Assembly: GCA_946500615.1 (NCBI GenBank)
Contig: CAMMWP010000004.1
Location: 4,585 to 68,584, forward strand
Length of the DNA: 64,000 nucleotides
Reading direction: 5' to 3'
Origin: an uncultured Clostridium sp.
Lineage (GTDB): Bacteria; Bacillota; Clostridia; TANB77; CAG-508
Each line of letters begins with the position of its first letter. The stretch's first letter is position 1. Positions 15,773 through 25,030 of the stretch are shown here, one piece after another. A program made the position numbers and the translations under genes. The notes beneath the pieces are model-generated. The model made no database searches. It was not told the DNA's origin and saw only the letters and a program-made list of their open reading frames with translations.

Positions 15773-16108
15773 ATGGGAATGTTTAATTTTAAAAAAGGGA
15801 AAAAGCAACCAAAAGTATATACTTTAGCAGAAGCTATGGAGCTTGTTGCAAAAAATCCGAAACTTGAACCGGTTCCACTAACAGATGATGTAATAAGAGG
15901 ACCTTATACAGTTGTAGAAGCAGAGGAAAGAAGAGAAGAACTTGAAACATTAAAAGCAGAAGTAAGAAAAAATAGTAATTTTAAAGAAAGAAAAGATGAA
16001 TTTATGAAAGAAATACATGGCAATGGAGAATACGAAAAAATTCCTTATGATATTGGTATGAGTCATAGCGATAGACCGGGAAGAGTGATTAGAGATTATA
16101 CATTATAA
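15773..16108 (+). CDS. Hypothetical protein inserted between pheS and pheT
   Basis: 111-aa ORF with a strong RBS (AAGGAG). I recognise no family. Confidence 0.5.
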   Translation: MGMFNFKKGKKQPKVYTLAEAMELVAKNPKLEPVPLTDDVIRGPYTVVEAEERREELETLKAEVRKNSNFKERKDEFMKEIHGNGEYEKIPYDIGMSHSDRPGRVIRDYTL

Positions 16109-16135
16109 TGTGAAAGAAAGGAATGATATAAAAAC

Positions 16136-18550
16136 ATGAAAGCAAGTAGAGAATGGTTAGAAGAATATAGTGATATAGATGTAGATACAATAAAACTAGG
16201 AGATATTTTAACAATGACAGGTTCTAAGGTAGAAACCATAGAACAAAAAGGAAATAATATAAAAAATGTAGTTGTTGGAAAAATCTTAGAAGTTACTAAA
16301 CATCCAGATGCAGATAAATTAGTAGTAACCAAGATAGATGTTGGGAATGGAGAAACACTTCAAATTGTGACAGCAGCACCAAATATAAAAGTGGGAGAAA
16401 CAGGACAAATTGTGCCTGTTGCAAAAGACGGAGCAGAGTTACCAAATGGGGTCACTATCCATACAGGAAAATTACGTGGTGTAGAATCACAAGGTATGAT
16501 GTGCGGGATGGAAGAATTAGAAATTGATCCAGCTAATTATCCAGATAAAGTGGTAGACGGAATTTTTATTCTAGACAACAAATATGAAAAAGACTTGGGT
16601 AAAGATTTCGTAGAAGTATTAGATTTAAAAGAAGATATTATTGATTTTGAAATCACACCAAACAGACCGGATTGTTTGTCAATTGAAGGACTAGGAAGAG
16701 AAACCGCAGTATCTTTGGGAAAATCATTTAAAAATCCTAGAAAAAATATAGATGAACTAAAAGTCGAAGATAAAAAAGAAATTGAAGGGTTAAAAGTAGA
16801 CATTACAGCACCGGACTTATGTTATCGATATATTGCAAGAGTTGTAAAAAATGTAAAAATTGGACCATCCCCAAAATGGATGATTAGAAGATTAAATGCT
16901 TGTGGTGTGAGAAGTATTAATAACATTGTAGATATTACTAACTATGTAATGTTAGAAATGGGGCAACCAATGCATGCATTTGATATTAATTCTATTGAGG
17001 GAAAACATATTACAGTAAGAAGAGCAAAACACAATGAAAAAATTACAACTTTAGATGAACAAGAAAGAGTATTAGATGAAAATGATTTAGTGATTGCTGA
17101 TGATAAAAAAGCAGTAGCAATTGCAGGTGTTATGGGAGGATTGAATTCAGAAATTGAAGATGATACAAAAACGGTTGTATTTGAATCAGCTATATTTTAT
17201 GGTGGTGCTGTTAGAAAAACAGCCAAAAAAGTAGCACTAAGAACAGAAGCATCTTCTCGTTTTGAAAAAGGATTGTCACCAGAAAATGCTTTAAGAGCAG
17301 TAAATCGTGCAGTAGAATTAGTAGAATTGTTACAAGCAGGAGAAGCAATTGATGGAAAAGTAGATGTATATCCAACAAAACAAAAAATTCATCAAATAAA
17401 ACTAGATAGTGATAGGATTAATCAATTATTAGGTACCCATATCTCTAAACAAGAAATGATTGACATCTTAAATAGTTTAGATATAAAAGTTGAAAAAGAC
17501 ATGGCAACAGCACCATATTTTAGAATGGATGTAGAGCAATTGGCAGATCTAGCAGAGGAAGTATTAAGAATCTATGGGTATGACAAATTAGAAACAACAT
17601 TAATAAAATGTGATACAACTTTAGGTGTAAGAAATAAAGAACAAAAAATTGAAAAGAAAATACAAGAAGTACTTGTCAACAGTGGATTATCAGAAATATA
17701 TACATATGGATTTTTAAGTGAAAAAGATTTGGAAAAGTCAAATATCAGTGATACATTAAGGAAAACAGCAATTACAATTCAAAATCCGTTAAGTGATGAA
17801 TATAAATTAATGAGACCATCTACTATACCAAGTATGTTACAAATATTAGTCAATAACATTAATAAGAAAAATCAAAATGTACGATTATTTGACATTTCAA
17901 GAAATTATAGAAATATGAATGCTGAAGTAGAAAAAGGAGAAGTACCTTTACAAGAAAATATTCTAACAATTGGTATGTATGGAGAAGATGTTGATTTTTA
18001 TATCTTAAAAGGAATTGTTGAAAATGTTTTAGAAGCAACATATATCAATCATTATGATGTGGAAAAAGAAATAAATAACAAATCATATCATCCGGGTAGA
18101 TGTGCCAATATAACAGTGGGAAGAGATGTTATTGGTACTTTAGGAGAAGTGCATCCTATTGTTTTAAACAATTATGATATTGAAAAAAGAGTGTATTTGG
18201 CAGAAATTAATATTACGAAATTAGAGAAATATTCAAGAAATAATAAAAAATATGTCGAAGTTCCAAAATTCCCAGCAGTGGAAAGAGATATTGCCATTAT
18301 TGTAGATGAATTTGTTGAAGTGGGACAAATTGAAAAGATAATTATCAAAAAAGCAAAGAAATTGTTAGAAGGTTTAAGTTTATTTGATATTTATAGAAAT
18401 GAAAAATTGGGAGAAAATAAAAAAAGTGTAGCATATGCTTTGACTTTTAGAGATAAAAATAAGACATTAAGTGATGAGGAAGTGAATGCTACGATGACAA
18501 ATATTATTTCAGAGTTAGAAAAAACGTTGGGAGCAGAATTGAGAAAATAA
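16136..18550 (+). CDS. pheT: Phenylalanine--tRNA ligase beta subunit
   Basis: 804 aa. It has an N-terminal tRNA-binding domain (VVGKILEVTKHPDADKLVVTKIDVG), B3/4 and B5 domains, and a C-terminal FDX-ACB-like domain (KSVAYALTFRDKNKTLSDEEV). Confidence 0.97.
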   Translation: MKASREWLEEYSDIDVDTIKLGDILTMTGSKVETIEQKGNNIKNVVVGKILEVTKHPDADKLVVTKIDVGNGETLQIVTAAPNIKVGETGQIVPVAKDGAELPNGVTIHTGKLRGVESQGMMCGMEELEIDPANYPDKVVDGIFILDNKYEKDLGKDFVEVLDLKEDIIDFEITPNRPDCLSIEGLGRETAVSLGKSFKNPRKNIDELKVEDKKEIEGLKVDITAPDLCYRYIARVVKNVKIGPSPKWMIRRLNACGVRSINNIVDITNYVMLEMGQPMHAFDINSIEGKHITVRRAKHNEKITTLDEQERVLDENDLVIADDKKAVAIAGVMGGLNSEIEDDTKTVVFESAIFYGGAVRKTAKKVALRTEASSRFEKGLSPENALRAVNRAVELVELLQAGEAIDGKVDVYPTKQKIHQIKLDSDRINQLLGTHISKQEMIDILNSLDIKVEKDMATAPYFRMDVEQLADLAEEVLRIYGYDKLETTLIKCDTTLGVRNKEQKIEKKIQEVLVNSGLSEIYTYGFLSEKDLEKSNISDTLRKTAITIQNPLSDEYKLMRPSTIPSMLQILVNNINKKNQNVRLFDISRNYRNMNAEVEKGEVPLQENILTIGMYGEDVDFYILKGIVENVLEATYINHYDVEKEINNKSYHPGRCANITVGRDVIGTLGEVHPIVLNNYDIEKRVYLAEINITKLEKYSRNNKKYVEVPKFPAVERDIAIIVDEFVEVGQIEKIIIKKAKKLLEGLSLFDIYRNEKLGENKKSVAYALTFRDKNKTLSDEEVNATMTNIISELEKTLGAELRK

Positions 18551-18551
18551 G

Positions 18552-18602
18552 AAATATAGAATATAAAAATTGTGTTATGATTTTTATATTCTATATTTTT
18601 GT
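18552..18602 (+). terminator. Rho-independent terminator of the pheST operon
   Basis: Perfect 19-bp stem AAATATAGAATATAAAAAT / ATTTTTATATTCTATATTT followed by a T run, starting 2 nt after the pheT stop. Confidence 0.85.
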
Positions 18603-18764
18603 TTATATATTAGGAAAGTCATGCTATCTAGAACATCACTTCGGTCTGGCAATTGTGCAGTTTCTAAAAGGGAAAAATCAATCTGTCTCCAATTTTCCGA
18701 ATTTAACAAAAGTAGGAACTTATAAAATGTTTTTGCATATACTTTATTATTAGAGGTGAAAAAA

Positions 18765-19212
18765 ATGGCATATTCAGATAGAGAATTAATTGCTAGAATT
18801 GTTCAATGTGAAGCACGGAGGAGAAGGAGATAATGGAATGAAAGCAGTAGCAAGTGTCATTCTGAATAGAGTAAATGTATCAGAAGGAGAATATGCAAGA
18901 ATATCACAAGGAGGAAGCATTAGAAATATTATATTTCAACAAGGACAATTTGATTGTGCAACAGAAACACTATTCAACCGATATAATCCTCAAAATATAT
19001 ATAATATGAATCCAACAGAAGAACATTATTACATAGCTGACTGGGCACTATCGGGTAATCGATTAAATGAAATAGGGGAATGTTTATGGTATCTGAATCC
19101 TTTTAAGCCCAACTGTGATAGTACTTTTCCGAGAAATGGATCTGGAACATTTCACACAAGGCTGGGAGAACACTGCTTTTATCGTCCAACAAGTCAATAT
19201 GCGAATACTTGA
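18765..19212 (+). pseudogene. cwlJ: Spore cortex-lytic enzyme CwlJ-like (Hydrolase_2 family), interrupted by a 1-nt frameshift near 18813
   Basis: The ATG at 18765 (RBS AGAGGTG) gives MAYSDRELIARIVQCEA and then runs into a stop at 18831. The +1 frame continues GGEGDNGMKAVASVILNRV...GEHCFYRPT, the CwlJ/SleB catalytic-domain pattern. Confidence 0.75.
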
Positions 19213-19293
19213 GAGTTTTGTGAAACATAAATATAGATATGCTATTTCATTAAGATATCAAAATTAATTATTTATAGAAATAGGAGGGTTCTT

Positions 19294-19623
19294 ATGGGAG
19301 ATGAAAAACAAGACAAAAGAGAAAATAGAAATGTAACAATCAATCAAGATTCACCAGAGATTTTAACAAACGCTATTTATACACCAGCTTTTTTACGAGA
19401 ACAGATTGGAAAACTAATGAGAGTTGAATTTTTAATTGGTACAAATAATTTGGTGGATAGAATTGGCATACTAGAAGATGTGGGAGCAAGCTATATTTTA
19501 TTACGTTCTCTAGAAAGTGATACAATAACCTATTGTGATATTTATTCGATTAAATTTGTTACGATATCTAACAGAAGAATTAATAATTTTATGAATGGAG
19601 GATATTATAATTATTTTCAATAA
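19294..19623 (+). CDS. gerQ: Spore coat protein GerQ-like (CwlJ partner)
   Basis: 109 aa. The FLREQIGKLMRVEFLIGTNN..GILEDVGASYILLRS...YCDIYSIKFVTI pattern resembles GerQ/YwdL. It lies adjacent to cwlJ, as in bacilli. Confidence 0.6.
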   Translation: MGDEKQDKRENRNVTINQDSPEILTNAIYTPAFLREQIGKLMRVEFLIGTNNLVDRIGILEDVGASYILLRSLESDTITYCDIYSIKFVTISNRRINNFMNGGYYNYFQ

Positions 19624-19707
19624 AATGAAAGATTGAAATTGAAATAATATTGTGATAAGATATATTATGTATCCCAATAGTGGGGAAAAAATTTAGGAGG
19701 TAATAAT

Positions 19708-20529
19708 ATGCGGAAGGAAAGATCAATAGTAGACAAATATACATGTATAGACACAGTTCTATACAATTCATCGAATTTGCTACTTATTGAAACAAGGAGA
19801 AGTAAAGAGAACATTGCATACATGCTGTGTGATGGTATGTCTATGAGTATGGATAAAAAATATAATATTCCCGTTAAATGGGATCCTTATATGACAATTC
19901 CAACCATAGAGGGGTATCCAGAACTAAAAGGAGATCTCATAATGATATACTTCCCATTTGAATGTGCAGGCTTAAAAGAGGCAGGCTTAGAACTAGCAAC
20001 TTACATCAATGATAATATGAAGAAATATGATCAAATAGTTCTTATAGGGCATTCTAAAGGGGGCGTGTGTCTGGCTAATATTGCCAAATGGCTAGAAAGA
20101 AGAGTCTATATGATTTTAATTTCAGCTCCATTTTTAGGTACTAATATGGTTAACAAAGACAAAGTGAGAAGAAGGTTAACTATGCCACTAGAATATAAAA
20201 TCTATGAACGATTTTATAATCAACATAAAGTGGATTTAGACCTTGCTCTGGATTCGGAATTTTTGAGAGATTGCGATTATTCCGGTGTAACAAGACATCG
20301 GTGTAAAAATGTGATTTCTGAGACACGAAATGTTTATACTTTTATGGATTTAGGGTGTAAATATATTAATCATCGTATGTTTTATGCACATGGCGATGGC
20401 TTTGTAACAGTATCTACGCAGGAAATACTTAGCAGGCTATATAAAAATGTTGAGACATTATATATCGATGCATCGCATATGAATTCTCTAACAAGATATT
20501 TATCCTTTGATAATAAGTATATTATCTAA
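19708..20529 (+). CDS. Alpha/beta-hydrolase-fold protein (lipase/esterase-like)
   Basis: 273 aa, strong RBS AGGAGG, nucleophile elbow LIGHSKGG. Confidence 0.6.
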   Translation: MRKERSIVDKYTCIDTVLYNSSNLLLIETRRSKENIAYMLCDGMSMSMDKKYNIPVKWDPYMTIPTIEGYPELKGDLIMIYFPFECAGLKEAGLELATYINDNMKKYDQIVLIGHSKGGVCLANIAKWLERRVYMILISAPFLGTNMVNKDKVRRRLTMPLEYKIYERFYNQHKVDLDLALDSEFLRDCDYSGVTRHRCKNVISETRNVYTFMDLGCKYINHRMFYAHGDGFVTVSTQEILSRLYKNVETLYIDASHMNSLTRYLSFDNKYII

Positions 20530-20531
20530 AA

Positions 20532-20575
20532 AATTATGCCGACGGGGAAATATTTTCCCTTTCGGCATAATTTGT
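20532..20575 (+). terminator. Rho-independent terminator
   Basis: AATTATGCCGACGGGGAAA / TTTCCCTTTCGGCATAATT stem-loop followed by TTTG, right after the stop at 20529. Confidence 0.8.
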
Positions 20576-20634
20576 GTCCAGCTGAAACCTAATAAACACG
20601 AATTTTTAAAAAACACGAATTTTTAAAAAAAGTA

Positions 20635-20663
20635 TTGACAAATCAAAAAAAATAGTGTAAAGT
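20635..20663 (+). promoter_or_regulatory. Sigma-A-type promoter candidate for ylxM-ffh
   Basis: TTGACA (20635-20640), a 17-nt spacer, then TAAAGT (20658-20663). It is preceded by a tandem duplication AACACGAATTTTTAAAAA x2 (20594-20630). Confidence 0.5.
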
Positions 20664-20697
20664 ATATTAGCATTACATTTTAAAGGAGTCGTTATTT

Positions 20698-21045
20698 ATG
20701 GAGAAAAATGTAAAAATCAGTATATTATGTGATTTATATGGAAAATTATTAACTGAAAAGCAATATGAATTCATAAATGACTACTACAATAACGACTTGT
20801 CTTTATCAGAAATTGCACAAAACAATGAAATCACAAGACAAGCTGTTAGAGATATCATCAAAAAGGGGGAAAAAAAGCTTTTTGAATATGAGGAAAAGCT
20901 ATTGTTTATGAAAAGGATGTTAAAACAAGAAAAAAAGATTGAACAAGTTTTATCAGAATTGACAAAGATTCAAAGAGAATCTTCTGATGAACAAGTAGCG
21001 GTTGTATTGGAGCATATCAAAAAAGAATTAAATTGTTTAGTTTAA
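20698..21045 (+). CDS. ylxM: YlxM/UPF0122 putative DNA-binding protein (SRP operon)
   Basis: 115 aa with LTEKQYEFINDYYNNDLSLSEIAQNNEITRQAVRDIIKKGEKKL (sigma-70 region-4-like HTH). It sits directly upstream of ffh. Confidence 0.85.
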   Translation: MEKNVKISILCDLYGKLLTEKQYEFINDYYNNDLSLSEIAQNNEITRQAVRDIIKKGEKKLFEYEEKLLFMKRMLKQEKKIEQVLSELTKIQRESSDEQVAVVLEHIKKELNCLV

Positions 21046-21079
21046 AACATTTTAGATTTAGATGAAAGGAATGGTACAA

Positions 21080-22433
21080 ATGGCTTTTGAAGGATTATCT
21101 TCTAGATTGCAAGAAATTACAAGAAAAATTAGAGGAAAAGCAAGAATTACAGAATCAGATTTAAAAGAAATGTTAAGAGAAGTAAAGCTTGCCCTATTAG
21201 AAGCTGACGTTAATTATAAAATTGTAAAAGATTTTATAGCTACCATTCAAGAAAAAGCTTTAGGTCAAGATGTTTTGAAATCATTAACACCGGGACAACA
21301 AGTTGTAAAAATTGTAAAAGATGAATTAGTAGAATTATTAGGTGGACAAACGAGTCAAATCAATTTCACACCAAATCCACCGACTATTATTATGTTAGTT
21401 GGTTTGCAAGGTTCTGGTAAAACAACAACAGCAGGAAAATTAGCAAATATACTTAGAAAACAAGGCAAAAAACCATTATTGGTTGCATGTGATGTATACA
21501 GACCAGCTGCTATTAAACAATTACAAGTAGTTGGTGCACAGCTAAATATACCTGTTTTTGCAAATGAACATTCAAAAGATGTTGTACATATTGCAAGGCA
21601 AGCACTATCTGTTGCTATGTCAAAATTGAATGATGTAGTAATTTTAGACACAGCAGGTAGATTACATATTGATGAAGAATTAATGCAAGAATTAAAAAAT
21701 TTAAAAGGAAACATTAAACCACATGAAATTTTGCTTGTTGTAGACAGTATGACAGGTCAAGATGCAGTAAATGTTGCACAAAGTTTCAGTGATAATGTTG
21801 GAATTGATGGAATTATTCTGACAAAATTAGATGGCGACACAAGAGGTGGTGCAGCGCTTTCTGTTAAAAAAGTAACAGGAAAACCAATTAAATTTGCAGC
21901 AACTGGAGAAAAGCTAAGTGACATAGAAGTGTTCCATCCAGATAGAATGGCTCAAAGGATTTTAGGAATGGGAGACATTTTAGCCGTTATTGAAAAAGCC
22001 GAAGAATCTTTTGATATGGAGCAAGCAGAACAACTAGAAAAACAGATGAAGAAAAAAGAGTTAGATTTAGATGACTACCTAGCACAAATTAGGCAAGTGA
22101 AGAAAATGGGATCTTTTTCATCATTGTTAAAATTAATTCCGGGAATGAGTCAGATAAAAGATTTAAAAGTAGATGATAAAGAATTTGGTAAAATAGAAGC
22201 TATTATTTGCTCAATGACAAAAGAAGAAAAACGAAATACCAAATTATTAAATGCAAGTAGAAGACAGAGAATTGCAAAACGGAAGTGGAACAACCGTGCA
22301 AGATATTAATAAATTTATCAAATCCTTTGAGATGACACAAAAAATGATGAAGCAGATGAAAAATAACAAAGGTGGCATGAAAAGGTTATTAAATGGAATA
22401 GATGAAAATGCATTAAAGAATTTCAAATTTTAA
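21080..22433 (+). CDS. ffh: Signal recognition particle protein Ffh, interrupted by a 1-nt frameshift near 22280
   Basis: MAFEGLSSRLQE.., GLQGSGKTTT, DTAGRL and TKLDGDTRGG motifs. After ..ASRRQRIAK the frame derails to a stop at 22309. The +1 frame (22281..22433) continues GSGTTVQDINKFIKSFEMTQKMMKQMK, the normal Ffh M-domain end. Confidence 0.9.
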
Positions 22434-22551
22434 GTTGTTATTACATTTTTAAATTTATATATAAAAATAAAGTGATTAGAGGGAAGACAAAAATCAAAAA
22501 AGAGATTTTTAAGTCTGTTCCTATAATCCCGATTTTAGGAGGTGAACCCAA

Positions 22552-22785
22552 ATGGTAAAAATAAGATTACAAAGACAAGGAAAGAAAAAAGCTCCATTTT
22601 ATCATATCGTAGTTGCTGATTCAAAAACATCTAGAGATGGAAAAATAATAGATCAAGTAGGAACATATAATCCTATGACAGATCCAGTTTCTATTGTATT
22701 AGATAAAGAAAAAGTAGAAAAATGGATAAAAAATGGTGCAAAACCAACAGATACTGTTAAGGCTTTAATTCAAAAAGCAAACTAA
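22552..22785 (+). CDS. rpsP: 30S ribosomal protein S16
   Basis: [24 protein letters not shown].., 77 aa, RBS AGGAGG. Confidence 0.97.
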   Translation: MVKIRLQRQGKKKAPFYHIVVADSKTSRDGKIIDQVGTYNPMTDPVSIVLDKEKVEKWIKNGAKPTDTVKALIQKAN

Positions 22786-22835
22786 TCATATAATTTCTTT
22801 AAACAAAAAAATAAGCAAATTAGTTGGAGGAAATT

Positions 22836-23066
22836 ATGGAAGAATTTTTAAGAATTATAATTTCAAATTTAGTGGATAATCAAGAAGCAATTGAAATACA
22901 TGCAATTGATGATGAAAAATCTATTACATTTGAAGTAAAAGTAGCCCAAGAAGATATGGGAAAAGTAATAGGAAAACAAGGTAGAATTGCACAATCTATT
23001 AGAAATGTTATGAAAGCTGTTGCAAATAAAGAACATAAAAAAGCATCAGTAGAATTTATAGGATAA
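22836..23066 (+). CDS. KH-domain RNA-binding protein (YlqC/UPF0109)
   Basis: KVIGKQGRIAQSIRNVM (GxxG KH motif). The ATG at 22836 follows GGAGG. The ORF-track TTG at 22824 overlaps the RBS. Confidence 0.85.
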   Translation: MEEFLRIIISNLVDNQEAIEIHAIDDEKSITFEVKVAQEDMGKVIGKQGRIAQSIRNVMKAVANKEHKKASVEFIG

Positions 23067-23079
23067 TAGGAGAATCAAT

Positions 23080-23586
23080 ATGCTACCAAATCTACAAATT
23101 GGTCAAATCGTCAATACGTTTGGAATTAAAGGAATGGTAAAAGTAAAACCATTTACAGATGATATTAGAAGATTTGATGAATTAAAAAACGTATATGTCG
23201 AAAGAAAAGACAACCAGATGGAATATGAAATTGAAGAAGTAAAATATCATAAAGATATGGTATTGATAAAGTTTAAGGGTATAGATAAAATAGAACAAGC
23301 AGAATTATTACGAAATAGTTATTTAAGTATTTCTAGAGATTCTGTAGAAGAATTAGAAGAAGGAAGATACTATATTGTAGACATGCTTGGACTAGAAGTA
23401 TATACGGATGAACAAATTTTATTAGGAACTTTAGAAGATATATTCAATACTGGTAGTAATGACATATATGTTGTAAAAGATGAAAAAGGAAAACAAATTC
23501 TTTTACCAGCTATACAGGATGTAATCAAACAAATAGATATAGAGAATAAAAAAATGATTGTGCATTTACTTCCGGGACTAATATAG
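23080..23586 (+). CDS. rimM: 16S rRNA processing protein RimM
   Basis: IGQIVNTFGIKGMVKVKPFTDD.. N-terminus plus a PRC-barrel-like C-terminus. Conserved rpsP-rimM-trmD order. Confidence 0.92.
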   Translation: MLPNLQIGQIVNTFGIKGMVKVKPFTDDIRRFDELKNVYVERKDNQMEYEIEEVKYHKDMVLIKFKGIDKIEQAELLRNSYLSISRDSVEELEEGRYYIVDMLGLEVYTDEQILLGTLEDIFNTGSNDIYVVKDEKGKQILLPAIQDVIKQIDIENKKMIVHLLPGLI

Positions 23587-23598
23587 AAGGAGTATTTT

Positions 23599-24273
23599 AT
23601 GAAATTTGATGTTTTAACATTATTTCCAGAAATGTTTGAAATATTAAATCAAAGTATTATTGGAAAAGCTATTGAAAAAGATTTGATACAGATCAAATTA
23701 ACAAATATCAGAGATTTTTCAAAAGATAAACATAAAAAAGTAGATGATACACCTTATGGTGGTGGTGCCGGAATGGTAATGAAACCAGATGTAATATATG
23801 ATGCATATCAATCTATTAAAGATGAAAATGCTAAAGTCATTTATATGTCACCACAAGGAAATTTGTTAAACCAAAAAAAGGTAGAAGAATTGTCAAAAGA
23901 AAACCATTTAATTATACTTTGTGGGCATTATGAAGGAATAGACCAAAGGGTACTAGATAAGATTGTAGATGAAGAGATATCGATAGGAGACTATGTTTTA
24001 ACAGGAGGAGAAATCCCAGCAATGGTGTTAATTGATAGTGTTAGTCGATATGTAGAAGGTGTTTTAAAAGAAGATTCTATAAAAGAAGAAAGCTTTTCAA
24101 ATGGGCTTCTAGAGTATCCACAATATACAAGACCAGAAGTCTTTGAAGGAATGAAAGTTCCAGAGGTATTACTTTCAGGGCACCATGAAAATATAGAGAA
24201 ATGGCGAAAAGAAAAGTCTTTAGAAATGACAAAGAAAAAAAGACCAGACATATTAACAAGGGAAAAACTTTAG
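23599..24273 (+). CDS. trmD: tRNA (guanine37-N1)-methyltransferase
   Basis: [40 protein letters not shown] and GDYVLTGGE motifs. Confidence 0.97.
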   Translation: MKFDVLTLFPEMFEILNQSIIGKAIEKDLIQIKLTNIRDFSKDKHKKVDDTPYGGGAGMVMKPDVIYDAYQSIKDENAKVIYMSPQGNLLNQKKVEELSKENHLIILCGHYEGIDQRVLDKIVDEEISIGDYVLTGGEIPAMVLIDSVSRYVEGVLKEDSIKEESFSNGLLEYPQYTRPEVFEGMKVPEVLLSGHHENIEKWRKEKSLEMTKKKRPDILTREKL

Positions 24274-24385
24274 TAAGGTCATAAGTAAAACATAAGGGGA
24301 GGTGACATTCCTTAACCCAAGTGGAGATGACCTAAAAGTAAGGTGTGTCCCTTAACATTAATTAAGAAAAGGAGGAAATTCTAAA

Positions 24386-24967
24386 ATGGATATTATAAAA
24401 TCAATTGAGCATGAACAATTGAAAAATAAAATACCAGAATTAAAAGTTGGTAACACAGTAAAAGTACACGTAAGAATAAAAGAAGGAAACAAAGAAAGAA
24501 TCCAAGTTTTTGAAGGAATCATTATAAAAGTACAAGGTGGAGGCGTTAATCAAACATTTACTGTAAGAAAAAATTCTTATGGTGTAGGTGTTGAAAAAAC
24601 ATTTTTAGTACACTCTCCATTAGTTGAAAAAGTAGAGTTAGTAAGAGTAGGTAAAGCAAGAAGAGCAAAATTATACTACCTAAGAGATAGAGTAGGTAAA
24701 GCTGCCAAAACAAAAGAACAAATTGGAGCAAGAATTGAAGATAGAGAAATTACTATCAAAGAAGATTTAGTAGAAGAACCAGCAGTTGAAGAAGCTCCAG
24801 AAGAAGCACCAGCTATTGAAACAGAAAATGTTGCTGTTCAAGAAACAGTTGACACAGTTTCAGAAGAAGTTGTTGAAGATGTTAAAGAAGTAGAAGAAGC
24901 TAAAGTTGAAGAAGTTTCTGGAAAAGTTGAAGAAACACCAGCAACTGAAGAAGATAAAAAAGTATAA
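24386..24967 (+). CDS. rplS: 50S ribosomal protein L19 with a ~80-aa acidic C-terminal extension
   Basis: The L19 core ([45 protein letters not shown]) occupies the first ~113 aa. A Glu/Val/Ala/Pro-rich tail follows, up to aa 193. Confidence 0.93.
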   Translation: MDIIKSIEHEQLKNKIPELKVGNTVKVHVRIKEGNKERIQVFEGIIIKVQGGGVNQTFTVRKNSYGVGVEKTFLVHSPLVEKVELVRVGKARRAKLYYLRDRVGKAAKTKEQIGARIEDREITIKEDLVEEPAVEEAPEEAPAIETENVAVQETVDTVSEEVVEDVKEVEEAKVEEVSGKVEETPATEEDKKV

Positions 24968-24973
24968 TAAATA

Positions 24974-25030
24974 AAAAGATGAGCTAGTGAACTTTATCTC
25001 AAAAAGTAGAGTTCAGAGTCTCATCTTTTT
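24974..25030 (+). terminator. Rho-independent terminator after rplS
   Basis: AAAAGATGAG ... CTCATCTTTT outer stem with an inner TGAACT/AGTTCA stem, followed by a T run. Confidence 0.75.

Noticed and set aside
22270-22290. Programmed +1 ribosomal frameshifting at the rare CGG codon in ffh, and likewise at 18811-18816 in cwlJ.
   Set aside because: I see no slippery P-site re-pairing (GCA to CAC in cwlJ is not possible) and no stimulatory SD-like element at the proper distance. The ogt and integrase relics show that indels are common here. A sequencing error or a mutation is more parsimonious.
24274-24385. Possible structured rplS (L19) leader: duplicated CCTTAAC motifs between trmD and rplS.
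   Set aside because: I cannot fold it or match it to the known L19 leader consensus from memory with any confidence. It would need an Infernal/Rfam scan.
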